Origin: an uncultured Candidatus Saccharibacteria bacterium
Lineage (GTDB): Bacteria > Patescibacteriota > Minisyncoccia > Phycocordibacterales > UBA2100
Assembly: GCA_964437185.1 (NCBI GenBank)
Contig: CAYTFU010000001.1
Span: 101,022-165,021, forward strand
Direction of reading: 5' to 3'
DNA length: 64,000 nucleotides
The notes beneath the pieces were generated by a model. That model had not been told where the DNA came from and made no database searches. It saw only the letters and a list, made by a program, of their open reading frames with translations. Position 1 is the first letter of the stretch. Every line of letters begins with the position of its first letter. Shown piece by piece: positions 1 to 9,390 of the stretch. The position numbers and the translations under genes were made by a program.

Positions 1-1082
1 TGCTGTGCAAACACCTCCTCTTCCTTCGCGGATTTTGAAATTCCCTCCGAAAAAAATACATTGTCTATAGCTAGGACCCGATCCTCGCGGGGCTTATTCG
101 TATAACTTCCGGTCTCCCTCTGCTTCTTATCCCACTCGCTTTCATCAAAAAAATGAGCCCGCACTTCGTGCTGTAACCGAAAGTAGTGCCGCATTTCTGG
201 CGTGTAATCCTGCCATAAATCAATCGCCTCATACGGCCAATCGCCCATATCTCGACCTCTAAATTCCGCAAGGTATTCAGCCCGCCCTGTCGCAGCTTTC
301 TCATATGCAGGCCCGGCTTCGTTCAATTCCTCAAAAAGTTTATCGAGCTGCTGTGATTCACTCGCGGGGGCAACGATGCATACTGACCGGTCATGAACAG
401 TCGTAACAATGGCGTATTGCCGATTATTGATTCGAAACGGCATCATATTATCTTGGATTGCTGAACTCTTGAACCACGCGTCAGGGGCCGAACGTATCCT
501 CTCTTCCCAAGTTTTCGTGGCCAGATGGAGGAAATAGTTATCCGTGGGTTGATGGAAAGATTCGAGAAAGTTGATTGCAGTATCCGCAATCTGAGAACGT
601 TCTTGGGGGCTGATTCTATCGAACCAATCCCAATTGTGTACGTAGCCATTCACCACGGCCTGAGTGAGGCGTAATGCGTCGGAGAAAAAAGCCGGGTCAG
701 CAGATATTTCTCCCTTTATGAGCGCTGCGAGCGACTCGCGGAGCTCTCGCCCACTCTCCCCCAAGGCAAAACGTTGGAATTCAGTTTCCCATGCCTTGCA
801 TTGGTCATGATCACCCCAAGCAGCACGATGCTCATCGGTACCTACTCCAGTTTCCGATAGCCGCTTCTCGGTATCGTGGAGGTGATGAATCCATGATAGA
901 GAGTCTTTGGCTGCGACCGCTGGATTTAAATTAGGAAGTTGGCTTCGAAGAGAGTCCATGGCCTTCGTAAAATCACGCGGAAGTGATCGCCACGGATCTC
1001 GATCCTCTTTTGATTCAGCGGGTATTTTCTCGATCGTGGGTCCATCTTTTTTACGAGAGGGTGGCCGGGGCGATTGTCGCAT
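1..1082 (-). CDS. hypothetical protein, 5'-partial in window; the ORF continues past position 1
   Basis: Continuous minus-strand reading frame from ATG at 1080-1082 to the window edge (MRQSPRPPSRKKDGPTIEKIP...EEEVFAQ...), translated manually. Absent from the ORF track because it has no stop inside the window. No recognisable family. A second in-frame ATG lies at 957-959. Confidence 0.4.
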   Translation of the reverse strand, partial: MRQSPRPPSRKKDGPTIEKIPAESKEDRDPWRSLPRDFTKAMDSLRSQLPNLNPAVAAKDSLSWIHHLHDTEKRLSETGVGTDEHRAAWGDHDQCKAWETEFQRFALGESGRELRESLAALIKGEISADPAFFSDALRLTQAVVNGYVHNWDWFDRISPQERSQIADTAINFLESFHQPTDNYFLHLATKTWEERIRSAPDAWFKSSAIQDNMMPFRINNRQYAIVTTVHDRSVCIVAPASESQQLDKLFEELNEAGPAYEKAATGRAEYLAEFRGRDMGDWPYEAIDLWQDYTPEMRHYFRLQHEVRAHFFDESEWDKKQRETGSYTNKPREDRVLAIDNVFFSEGISKSAKEEEVFAQ

Positions 1083-1120
1083 CCCGCCAGCATATCATTC
1101 GGGCCCAAGTGCTCGCCATG

Positions 1121-1155
1121 ATAAGGTAAGAAAGCTATGGGGAATCCGTCTGAGC
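1121..1155. repeat. 35-bp perfect direct repeat, copy 1 (taaggtaagaaagctatggggaatccgtctgagca); the same sequence recurs at 1725-1759
   Basis: Exact 35/35 match to 1725-1759. Copy 2 carries the RBS and first 7 codons (MGNPSEQ) of the ECF sigma gene. Copy 1 opens a 22-codon ORF and sits upstream of hicB. Confidence 0.9.
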
Positions 1156-1217
1156 AGTTGAAAGCTCACCCTTCGTTGTATCGTTGTAATAAAGAGGCGT
1201 CGTGATATATTTTTCTT

Positions 1218-1466
1218 ATGAAGCAGACTTCGTATACATATAGTATTGTACTCACCCCTGCTGAAGAAGGTGGTTTTACGGTGACCGTACCGTCGCTTCC
1301 GGGCTGCATCACAGAAGGCGATTCCTTTGAAGAAGCAACGGCAAACGCGCGCGAGGCGATAGAACTAACTCTCGAATGTCTAAAGGAGCAAGGAGACCCC
1401 ATCCCACACGAACTCTCCCCGTCGATCACGAGCGCGGTAACCGTTGTGCACGCGCAGTATGCGTAA
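1218..1466 (+). CDS. hicB: HicB-family antitoxin (type II TA)
   Basis: 82 aa. Typical HicB N-terminal domain: YSIVLTPAEEGGFTVTVPSLPGCITEGDSFEEATANAREAIEL. It overlaps the start of the downstream hicA. Confidence 0.8.
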   Translation: MKQTSYTYSIVLTPAEEGGFTVTVPSLPGCITEGDSFEEATANAREAIELTLECLKEQGDPIPHELSPSITSAVTVVHAQYA

Positions 1467-1662
1467 GACGATTCGAGCGAAGGAACTGATAAAAATCTTG
1501 GAGGAGAAAGGATTCGTGTTTAAACGCCAATCGGGGAGCCATGCGCATTATCGACACCAGGACGGCCGATGGACGACGGTTCCGATGCACACCAAAGAAC
1601 TCAAACGTGCTACGTTGCACTCAATCCTCAGAGAAGTTGGGCTTACACTCGACGATCTCTAA
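1459..1662 (+). CDS. hicA: HicA-family mRNA interferase toxin (type II TA)
   Basis: The sequence MRKTIRAKELIKILEEKGFVFKRQSGSHAHYRHQDGRWTTVPMHTKELKRATLHSILREVGL matches the YcfA/HicA fold signature, including GSH..Y and VP.H...L. The ATG at 1459 overlaps the hicB stop by 8 nt. The track ORF begins at 1444. Confidence 0.8.
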   Translation: MRKTIRAKELIKILEEKGFVFKRQSGSHAHYRHQDGRWTTVPMHTKELKRATLHSILREVGLTLDDL

Positions 1663-1724
1663 CCGCGTTTGTCTTGAAATCAGTCCTCTGAACTCCCTGC
1701 ATGGGTCTAAGTAAGGAGCTGTGG

Positions 1725-1759
1725 TAAGGTAAGAAAGCTATGGGGAATCCGTCTGAGCA
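1725..1759. repeat. 35-bp direct repeat, copy 2; this is the native RBS and start of the sigma gene
   Basis: Identical to 1121-1155. Confidence 0.9.
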
Positions 1760-2273
1760 AAGGGAGGGAGAGCGAGCGTTTTTGGCGGCGTATGATGAAT
1801 TTGGGGATGCGATTTTTCGTTTTTTGACGATGAAGATCGCCGATCGAGAAGTAGCGAGAGACCTCACGCAAGAGACGTTTACACGTGCGTGGGACTTTTG
1901 CGTGGAGGGCGGAGAAATTCGAGAGTGGCGACCATTCTTGTATCGCACCGCCTACAATCTCGTCGTCGATACGTATCGCAAGAAAAAAGCGGTATCGCTC
2001 GATGCGCTTGTGGACGATGAAGGATTCTCGGTGACGGACGATAGCGTAGGTGAGAAGCAAACGGTCCAACACGCCGAGATGACAAGGGTGCGCGCGGCGA
2101 TTGATGAACTCGACGACACGTACCGAGACATTATGATTCTCCGGTACGTCGATGATCTGCCTCCCAAAATGATCGCCGAAGCAACGGGACTTTCCGAAAA
2201 TGTTGTTTCTGTCAGAATCCACCGCGGAGTCGAGAAACTTCGAATACTCCTCGGCCCCAAACAACACGTATGA
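1740..2273 (+). CDS. RNA polymerase sigma-70 factor, ECF subfamily
   Basis: 177 aa. Sigma-70 region 2 (DLTQETFTRAW, FLYRTAYNLVVD) and region 4 (YRDIMILRYVDDLPPKMIAEATGLSENVVSVRIHRGVEKLR). Confidence 0.9.
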   Translation: MGNPSEQREGERAFLAAYDEFGDAIFRFLTMKIADREVARDLTQETFTRAWDFCVEGGEIREWRPFLYRTAYNLVVDTYRKKKAVSLDALVDDEGFSVTDDSVGEKQTVQHAEMTRVRAAIDELDDTYRDIMILRYVDDLPPKMIAEATGLSENVVSVRIHRGVEKLRILLGPKQHV

Positions 2274-3322
2274 AATTCAAAGAATTTTTCAATAGAAGTA
2301 CCGACCGAGATATCGCGGAGCGTATGAAACGCGCGACGAAAATTTCAATGGGCGACGCTGTGCGTGATCGCATGCGTGCGCACCTTTCGGAATACACCAA
2401 AATGCGCCCGATCCGCGAAACGCGCGGCGCTCAGGCGCGAATTAATGGCTCATTCACTGCATTTTTTGCTCACATCCGCCCGATGCCCATCGTGGCCGCT
2501 CTTCTCATCATCTCAATCGGCAGCAGCACGGTGAGCGCCGAATCTTCTCTTCCTGGCGATCTCCTCTATCCAATAAAGGTGCACATAAATGAAGGGATAC
2601 GCTCTGCGATCACGCGGACTCCGGAAGCGCGCATTGAATGGGCCGTCGCGCGCGCGGAGCGCCGTCTCGAAGAGGCCGCTATTCTCGAACTCGTCGGCAA
2701 CCTCAGTGAAGCCACGCGCGCGGAGCTCGAAACCAACCTCGATGCGTACGAACAGTACGCACAGGAATCAGGTCAGGGGTACGCAGGGACAGGTGCACTT
2801 CCAGAGTTGGCGGAGAGCGTCGGAGCGATACGCATCGCGCGCCGCAACATCCTCGGCACGCTTGCCGAGGGGCGCAGAGCTGCCCATGTCACTCAGGCTG
2901 CGCAAGCAGAATCAGTAGGCGACGCGTCTACAGCAAACTTTACGATGGAAGCGCCCGAGGCGAGCATCATGAGCGCAAAGGCAGCTGCACCGATCCCCGA
3001 AGCTGCTCCCGCCCTCATGGCCGAAGCTATGGCGACCGATATCGACGATGAGGAGGGGCCCGAAGTCCGAGCGCGAGGGAATCGCACAGCCGCCAAAGTG
3101 CGTATTGGAGCAGCCGAGCGCTTCCTCGAAAAACAGAAAAATCTTGATGAGGGAACGCGGCAAGAAGCGCGCGAACTCCTCCAAGTCGCCCGCGAAAAGT
3201 TTGAGGAAGCCGACGAGAAGTCATCGCATGGCAAGCGCGAAGATGCAACGCGCGAATTTGAGCAGGCGCTCGAAAGCGCGATGCGAGTCGGTGCTGCCCT
3301 TTCTGAAGTGCGCGGAGAGTAG
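2270..3322 (+). CDS. putative anti-sigma factor or membrane protein cotranscribed with the ECF sigma
   Basis: ATGA overlap with the sigma stop. Single TM helix (PIVAALLIISIGSSTV), then a long coiled-coil/acidic extracytoplasmic region. The location fits a typical sigma/anti-sigma pair. Confidence 0.45.
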   Translation: MKFKEFFNRSTDRDIAERMKRATKISMGDAVRDRMRAHLSEYTKMRPIRETRGAQARINGSFTAFFAHIRPMPIVAALLIISIGSSTVSAESSLPGDLLYPIKVHINEGIRSAITRTPEARIEWAVARAERRLEEAAILELVGNLSEATRAELETNLDAYEQYAQESGQGYAGTGALPELAESVGAIRIARRNILGTLAEGRRAAHVTQAAQAESVGDASTANFTMEAPEASIMSAKAAAPIPEAAPALMAEAMATDIDDEEGPEVRARGNRTAAKVRIGAAERFLEKQKNLDEGTRQEARELLQVAREKFEEADEKSSHGKREDATREFEQALESAMRVGAALSEVRGE

Positions 3323-3328
3323 ACGCGC

Positions 3329-3997
3329 GTGGCGCAAACGAGTACACTGTCGCTCATGAATACAAAATCACACATGCGAACTACTAATGACGTCGGTACT
3401 GGCTCCCTCGGCGCTCGGGCGCAAATGTTGGTTCCCATGGTTATTGAAAAAACCTCCGCCGGCGAGCGCGCGTATGATATTTATTCGCGACTCCTCAAAG
3501 AGCGTATCGTTTTTTTGGGAGGACCGATTGACAGCGATGTTGCCAATCTCGTCGTCGCGCAATTTCTCTTTCTCGCGTCCGAAGACCCGAAAAAAGATAT
3601 CTCCTTCTACATCAACTCCCCTGGCGGTCACGTCTCAGCGGGCCTCGCCATCCTCGATACGATGAACCACATTCAGCCCAACGTCTCAACCGTCTGCGTC
3701 GGCATGGCGGCATCCATGGCCGCGATACTCCTCTCGGCAGGAGAAAAGGGCAAGCGCTTCGTACTCCCCAACGCAGAAGTCATGATCCACCAGCCGAGCG
3801 GAGGCGCCGAAGGCCAAGCGACCGATATCGACATCACGGCGAAGCAGATTCTCAAGCTCCGCGAGCGTCTCAATAGGATCCTTGCCAAAAATACGGGTCA
3901 AAAGCTTGAAAAAATCGCCACCGATGTAGAGCGTGATTTCTTCATGAGCGCCGACGAATCCGTCAAATACGGGGTGGTGGATAAGGTCTTGCACTAA
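3329..3997 (+). CDS. clpP: ATP-dependent Clp protease proteolytic subunit
   Basis: [30 protein letters not shown]...YINSPGG...MIHQPSGG: catalytic Ser/His context. The track ORF starts at GTG 3329. In-frame ATGs at 3356, 3374 and 3425 are alternative starts, with MLVPMVIE at 3425. Confidence 0.9.
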   Translation: MAQTSTLSLMNTKSHMRTTNDVGTGSLGARAQMLVPMVIEKTSAGERAYDIYSRLLKERIVFLGGPIDSDVANLVVAQFLFLASEDPKKDISFYINSPGGHVSAGLAILDTMNHIQPNVSTVCVGMAASMAAILLSAGEKGKRFVLPNAEVMIHQPSGGAEGQATDIDITAKQILKLRERLNRILAKNTGQKLEKIATDVERDFFMSADESVKYGVVDKVLH

Positions 3998-4197
3998 GGA
4001 TCAGGTCGCAGGGCTCCAAAACCACGAAAGTGGCCAACGGTACATTTCGTGCTATATTGGCGAAGTACCAATTAGCATGTGTATGAAATTCAATTTCGTT
4101 TTCGGTGAGACGCGTGTGATGCCTCTAGAACTTATTCATGATTTCAGTTTCGAAGTCAGTCTGATGCGCACATAAACTCACGCGGAAACATCCGCGT

Positions 4198-5727
4198 ATG
4201 TCATTAAAAACCATATTATTCCTTCTTGGCCTCGCAGGCCTCGTAGGCATTGCAATCGGATATTACCTCCGACTTATTATTTCGTTGGGAAAGCGCGGCT
4301 CGATGGAGCTCGAGATCCGCAAGATGATGCTCGACGCCGAAGAGCGCGCAAAAAAGATCGCTGAGGATGCTGATCGCGGGGCGAAGACCACGCTCGAACA
4401 CGCGACAGACGGGCTCAAAGAGCGCGAGAGAGATCTGAAGCAAACGGAAGAGCGCCTCGTTCGTAAAGAGGAACTGCTCGACAAGCGACAAACCAATCTC
4501 GACACTGAGCAAGAATCGCTCTCCAAAAAGGGTGAGGAATTGCTTGCTGCCAAGTCAAAAATCGAAGAAACTGCCCGCGCCCAGCAAGAAAAACTCGAGA
4601 AAATAGCCGGACTCACGACGGAAGAAGCCAAATCAGACCTCATAAAATCCGTAGAAAAACAGTACGAAAAAGACATAGAGAGCCGCATGCGCAAGCTTGA
4701 AATTTCCGGCAACGACCAACTCGAACATCGCGCAAAAGAGATACTCACGACGTCGGTTCACCGCCTCGGCAATTCGGTCGTTTCCGACGTTCTTGCGACC
4801 ACGATCTCTCTCCCTAATGAGGAAATTAAGGGCAAAATCATAGGTAAAGAGGGTCGCAACATTCGCGCCTTTGAGCGGGCAACGGGAGTCGACGTGATCG
4901 TTGACGATACGCCTGGCACTATTACGCTCTCCTCTTACGATCCGATTCGCAGGCAGATCGCTCGCATCGCGCTCGAAAATCTCATTCTCGACGGCCGTAT
5001 TCAACCGGCAAAGATCGAGGAGTCTGTTCAGAAAGCGGAGCAGGAGATCAACAACATCATCAAAAAGAAGGGCACCGAGGCTGCCTTTGAGGCGCGGGTC
5101 GCCAACCTCGATCCGAAGCTCCTCATGATCCTCGGCCGACTCTACTTCCGCTCAAGCTACGGCCAAAATGTGCTCGATCACTCCGTGGAAGTCGCGCATC
5201 TCGCGGGCATGCTCGCCGCAGAGCTTGGCGCGAATGAAGCGACCGCTCGCGCAGGCGCCCTCTTCCACGACATCGGCAAAGCCGTAGACCATGAAGTCCC
5301 GGGTACGCACGTGGAGATCGGACGACGCATATTGCAGAAATTCGGCGTCGGCGAAGATGTCGTGAAAGCGATGCAAGCGCACCACGAGGAATACCCTTAC
5401 GAAACCCCTGAGTCGATGATCGTACAGGTCGCCGACGCGATTTCTGGAGCTCGACCGGGCGCTCGTCGCGATTCTGTGGAGAATTACATCAAACGCCTTA
5501 CCGAACTCGAGGCGATTGCAAATGGAAATCCGGGCGTCGAAAAGAGTTATGCAATCGCTGCCGGCCGCGAAGTACGCGTCATCGTGAAGCCTACAGAGAT
5601 CACCGACCTTGAAGCGCGCAAGCTCGCTCGCGACATCGCCGACAAGATCGAAAAGGATATGCAATACCCCGGAGAAATTAAAATCTCTGTCATTCGCGAG
5701 ACTCGCGTCATCGAATACGCCAGATAA
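4198..5727 (+). CDS. rny: ribonuclease Y
   Basis: 509 aa. N-terminal TM anchor, coiled coil, KH domain (KIIGKEGRNIRAFERATGVDVIVDD) and HD domain (LFHDIGKAVDHE...HHEE). Confidence 0.9.
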   Translation: MSLKTILFLLGLAGLVGIAIGYYLRLIISLGKRGSMELEIRKMMLDAEERAKKIAEDADRGAKTTLEHATDGLKERERDLKQTEERLVRKEELLDKRQTNLDTEQESLSKKGEELLAAKSKIEETARAQQEKLEKIAGLTTEEAKSDLIKSVEKQYEKDIESRMRKLEISGNDQLEHRAKEILTTSVHRLGNSVVSDVLATTISLPNEEIKGKIIGKEGRNIRAFERATGVDVIVDDTPGTITLSSYDPIRRQIARIALENLILDGRIQPAKIEESVQKAEQEINNIIKKKGTEAAFEARVANLDPKLLMILGRLYFRSSYGQNVLDHSVEVAHLAGMLAAELGANEATARAGALFHDIGKAVDHEVPGTHVEIGRRILQKFGVGEDVVKAMQAHHEEYPYETPESMIVQVADAISGARPGARRDSVENYIKRLTELEAIANGNPGVEKSYAIAAGREVRVIVKPTEITDLEARKLARDIADKIEKDMQYPGEIKISVIRETRVIEYAR

Positions 5728-5937
5728 TGGCTCTATAGAGCGACATAATAGCGAGTGCTGCTTGTCCCCCGCCATCCACAGAAAACTGTGGATATTAGGG
5801 GTGTGTCAATTGACATCCCCAAAATACGGCTCAAAATGGTCGTAGGGGTGGCTTGCATGACCTGATCATGCGCCGCCAGTCCGAGATACTGTCTCGGACA
5901 AGAGTCGAGTGCGCATTTAATAAATAAGTAAAATCGC

Positions 5938-6213
5938 ATGGCAAATAAAATGGATTTGGTTGAGAAGGTCGCCGCCACAATCGGTTGCACAAAAGCCGAC
6001 GGCGAGCGAGCGGTCGAGGCGATTATCGCCACGATCACAGAGTGCCTCAAGCGAGGCGACGAGGTGTCGGTAGCGGGCTTGGGAATCTTCCAGGCAAAGA
6101 CACGTGCAGGTCGCACGGGTCGAAATCCGCGAACTGGTGCGACGATTCAGATCAAGGCAATGAAGGTGCCGAAGTTCCGCGCCTCCAAGACCTTGAAAGA
6201 CGCGATCAAATAG
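5938..6213 (+). CDS. hup: HU-family DNA-binding protein
   Basis: 91 aa. MNKMDLVEKVA...VAGLGIFQAKTRAGRTGRNPRTGATIQIKAMKVPKFRASKTLKDA. Confidence 0.9.
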   Translation: MANKMDLVEKVAATIGCTKADGERAVEAIIATITECLKRGDEVSVAGLGIFQAKTRAGRTGRNPRTGATIQIKAMKVPKFRASKTLKDAIK

Positions 6214-6229
6214 GATCTCCCCTATTCAC

Positions 6230-6263
6230 AAAAGCCGGCGCTACGCGCCGGCTTTTGTGTTTT
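6230..6263 (+). terminator. rho-independent terminator after hup
   Basis: gccggcgc-tac-gcgccggc: 8-bp GC stem, 3-nt loop, followed by ttttgtgtttt. Confidence 0.75.
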
Positions 6264-6338
6264 ATGTGCGGGATGGGAGAATCGGACTCCCATTTCGAGT
6301 TTGGAAAACTCGCGTGTTACCATTACACCAATCCCGCA

Positions 6339-7016
6339 TTAAGGCGCGCCTAACACTAGGTCTGACCAAGCAAGTATTTTCCGTGCCAAGAACACACCGA
6401 ACCTCTTCTCGCCTAAACCATTGACAGAAAGATGTACTGTCCCGTGTGGGAGTTTGCCCGACTTAAGGGCTTTTTTGTCTTTTCGCCAATCAACGACTGT
6501 CTTTTGAAATTGGCTCATCGGAATGGTAGTCTTTTCCGACCAAAACTGCAAACTTTGTTCCTCGTCACTATCGGGATATATATGTAGTCGTATTTTCAAA
6601 TTATCCTTTCTGAGTCCCACAGCCTTTATAAACCATTTGATCATAAAATTTATTATCGCTGGATTCGAGTTCACAAACCTGATTTGCTGCGTCGACTTCG
6701 CACCCTCCCCTATATACAATCCGAGTCCGAGCATGAAAAGGTCACGGCGAGAAAAGGCACTGATATCCGTTTTTGCTTCTGATCGCGCACGTTGAAACGA
6801 TTCCCTCTTCAGTCTACTCTTTGCCTCACCCGAAGCAGCCCGAGCCTTTCCAATACGCTCGACCGTTTCGTCGTTGGGGGTATACGGGATGTCGGCTAGC
6901 CAAACTGCTAATGTGCCCTTTGATACTCTCGCCACCTTCGCAATGTAATTATACGAATGTCCCGCCTTTCGTAACTCGATTGCACTTATTCGCGCATGCA
7001 CTTTAGTCACCTCCAT
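6339..7016 (-). CDS. putative free-standing LAGLIDADG-like homing endonuclease with N-terminal HTH
   Basis: 225 aa. N-terminal HTH (LRKAGHSYNYIAKVARVSKGTLAVWL). LAGLIDADG-like block LFMLGLGLYIGEGAK followed by ...IINFMIKWF.... Locus GC is about 45 % against about 58 % in the flanks. No homing-endonuclease target rRNA or intron is nearby. Confidence 0.4.
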   Translation of the reverse strand: MEVTKVHARISAIELRKAGHSYNYIAKVARVSKGTLAVWLADIPYTPNDETVERIGKARAASGEAKSRLKRESFQRARSEAKTDISAFSRRDLFMLGLGLYIGEGAKSTQQIRFVNSNPAIINFMIKWFIKAVGLRKDNLKIRLHIYPDSDEEQSLQFWSEKTTIPMSQFQKTVVDWRKDKKALKSGKLPHGTVHLSVNGLGEKRFGVFLARKILAWSDLVLGAP

Positions 7017-7113
7017 ATTATATAGTAGCAGTGCTTACAAACAAAGGTTCGATATCCACACAGTACGTGAGCGAGTCCTTGAGTCCGGGGCAGATGCGCC
7101 GTACATTGACTCG

Positions 7114-8184
7114 ATGCATCCCCTCATTCGCTCCTACTTTGCCGTCCTTGGCGCAGTCGCGATATCTATACTCCTGTTTCTCCTTTTTCCCCAAACGGGC
7201 TTGGCTCCCACACAACCAGCTGAAGATCGCCTGATCATTGGATCTCCGGTGACTCATACGCAGTTAAAAGAATCGCCATCCCCTGCAGCAACGCCCGTAA
7301 GTGAGGCCGTCAGAATCGTCAATCCCTATCCTTTCTCACCTCAGACTACGGATGATCTCACGAATACTGCTCAAGCGTCGCTCGTCAACATTTTCTGCGT
7401 ATCAAACAACCCCGCATTTCGATCGAGCTCGGGATCGGGGGTACTTATCGATCCGCGAGGTGTCATCCTCACCAATGCGCACGTTGCTCAATACGTACTT
7501 CTTTCTTCGCTACCCGACCTGGGGATCGTATGTACGATTCGGACAGGATCTCCTGCAATCGCAAGGTGGGAAGCGCAGGTGCTCTATATCCCACCGATTT
7601 GGGTACGGGGCCACGCGCACGAGATCAACTCGTTCAAACCGGCAAGTAGCGGTGAACACGACTACGCCCTGCTCTTGATTACAAAATCGATCGACGACAC
7701 CCCGCCCACACCCTTTCCGTATCTACCGATCGACACTCGTGAGGCGATTGCCTTTCCCGAAGATGAAGTCGCGACGGCGAGTTATCCAGTGGAATTTGTC
7801 GGCGGGATAAACGCGCCATTTAATCTTCGTCCGGCAAGCTCAGTATCGACGGTGTCCAAGCTATACACATTCACGTCAAAGACGGCCGATATTCTCTCGC
7901 TCGGCGAGGTGCCACTCGCACAAAGCGGATCTTCAGGTGGACTCGTAATTAATACGTGGGGATTTCTCGTAGGCTTACTGACCGCAATGAGCGACGAAAC
8001 AGCCGCATCAGGACGTGATCTTCGGGCCCTCTCGTTGAGCTACATTGATCGCGATTTAAAGGTGCAGGCCGGGTCGTCTCTGTCCCAAATTCTCGCGAGT
8101 GACATGACGGCCAATATGCTCGACTTCAACACGAGCACCGCCCCCGCACTGCTCGCACTTTACACGAATATGGTCGGGTTATAG
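7114..8184 (+). CDS. secreted trypsin-like serine protease (S1 family, no PDZ domain)
   Basis: Signal/TM segment (AVLGAVAISILLFLLF). His motif GSGVLIDPRGVILTNAHV. Ser motif QSGSSGGLV. Confidence 0.7.
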   Translation: MHPLIRSYFAVLGAVAISILLFLLFPQTGLAPTQPAEDRLIIGSPVTHTQLKESPSPAATPVSEAVRIVNPYPFSPQTTDDLTNTAQASLVNIFCVSNNPAFRSSSGSGVLIDPRGVILTNAHVAQYVLLSSLPDLGIVCTIRTGSPAIARWEAQVLYIPPIWVRGHAHEINSFKPASSGEHDYALLLITKSIDDTPPTPFPYLPIDTREAIAFPEDEVATASYPVEFVGGINAPFNLRPASSVSTVSKLYTFTSKTADILSLGEVPLAQSGSSGGLVINTWGFLVGLLTAMSDETAASGRDLRALSLSYIDRDLKVQAGSSLSQILASDMTANMLDFNTSTAPALLALYTNMVGL

Positions 8185-8286
8185 ATTGAAAATCCGACCG
8201 TATCGTACCTCTGCGGAAATTGACAAAAAAAATCGCCCCCCTATAGTTCGTCGGGCTGAACAACTTGCTGGAAAGGAACCTTCCAA

Positions 8287-9135
8287 ATGCTCTTTACATA
8301 TACCGTAATCGTCACAATACTTTTGTCGGTGAGCGTACACGAACTTGGTCACGCCTACGCCATGCGTCAATGTGGGGTACGCATCGCAAAGATCGGATTG
8401 CTCGGAATCCCAGGATTGGGTACATTCCGTCTCCCAATAAGATCTCGCTTCTTTCTCGGGACTCATTGGTACGTGCACCCACTGCTCATCGGCGCATATG
8501 TCGAACCGAACACGGACGACATGGAAAAGTTAGTGCGGAAAGATGCGCTCTACGTCTACGGGATGGGACCATTAGCGAATGTTCTGTTTTCGCTCGTGGT
8601 TATGTTTGCTCTTGGGACGATGACCCTCACATTCGACGTTGCGGTGTTTGCTCCCGAAACCATTCAAAAGTGGGGTGCACCCGGCTTACTCATTGCACTG
8701 GGAATTGTCGTCGCAGCGACATGGTACTTTAGGCGGATACTGTGCCAACTTATGCTGCTACCCGTTGGTTGGCTTCTTGCGATCTTCATCGCATACTTGA
8801 CTTGGAAAAGTGGTCCGCAGATTTCGGGCATTAGCGACATCATTGGCGATATCCATCGCGCCCGGCCTGTAATGATGAAAGCCCTGCCCGCATCGGCACT
8901 CAACGAAATCACAATGGCCGTGAAGCTCGGCGCAGGATTTTCAGTCTTGCTTGGACTGGTAAACCTCCTACCTCTCGTACCACTCGATGGTGGGCACATG
9001 ACACGCCACCTCTTTCCATCGAGATGGCAGAGTGCGTATGAATACGCCTCCACGCCAATCTTCGCACTCCTGATGTTGCTTCAATTTGGCAAAGACGCGC
9101 TCAACTTGGGGCACTGGCTGTGGAGCCTGCTCTAG
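8287..9135 (+). CDS. site-2 protease family (M50) membrane metalloprotease
   Basis: HELGHA zinc motif in TM1. NLLPLVPLDGGHM motif. Multi-TM. Confidence 0.8.
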   Translation: MLFTYTVIVTILLSVSVHELGHAYAMRQCGVRIAKIGLLGIPGLGTFRLPIRSRFFLGTHWYVHPLLIGAYVEPNTDDMEKLVRKDALYVYGMGPLANVLFSLVVMFALGTMTLTFDVAVFAPETIQKWGAPGLLIALGIVVAATWYFRRILCQLMLLPVGWLLAIFIAYLTWKSGPQISGISDIIGDIHRARPVMMKALPASALNEITMAVKLGAGFSVLLGLVNLLPLVPLDGGHMTRHLFPSRWQSAYEYASTPIFALLMLLQFGKDALNLGHWLWSLL

Positions 9136-9210
9136 CCTCCCCCTCAAAAAGTGGTCCGGTATCGTTCCGGGCCACTTTCTTTATATGCACAGCACTCTTC
9201 CTCATTTCAA

Positions 9211-9281
9211 TCGGGGCGCCGAGAATCGAACTCGGTCTACCTGCTCCCAAAGCAGGCGTACTACCGGTATACTACGCCCCG
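9211..9281 (-). tRNA. tRNA-Pro (anticodon TGG)
   Basis: Manual cloverleaf. Acceptor CGGGGCG/CGCCCCG with C1:G72, typical of bacterial Pro. Anticodon stem CCTGC/GCAGG, loop TTTGGGA. T-arm CCGAG-TTCGATT-CTCGG. No encoded CCA. Confidence 0.8.
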
Positions 9282-9390
9282 CACAAATCATCCGACATTA
9301 CTAACAACCATCGTATACTAGCACAACCTGCCCACAAACCCCAATGATGCGAACAATTAAGCCATATTATAAAGGACACGGCGATGTCCT

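Noticed and set aside
3329-3424. N-terminal 32-aa extension of ClpP from GTG 3329
   Set aside because: It was not rejected as a feature but is treated as uncertain. The conserved ClpP core begins at MLVPMVIE (ATG 3425) and there is no SD for any of the candidates. The extension may be a propeptide or a mis-called start.
2893-3438. Minus-strand ORFs (181, 106 and 90 aa) inside the anti-sigma gene and the clpP 5' region
   Set aside because: Ala/Arg/Ser-rich translation typical of antisense frames in high-GC DNA. The sense-strand genes have clear homology.
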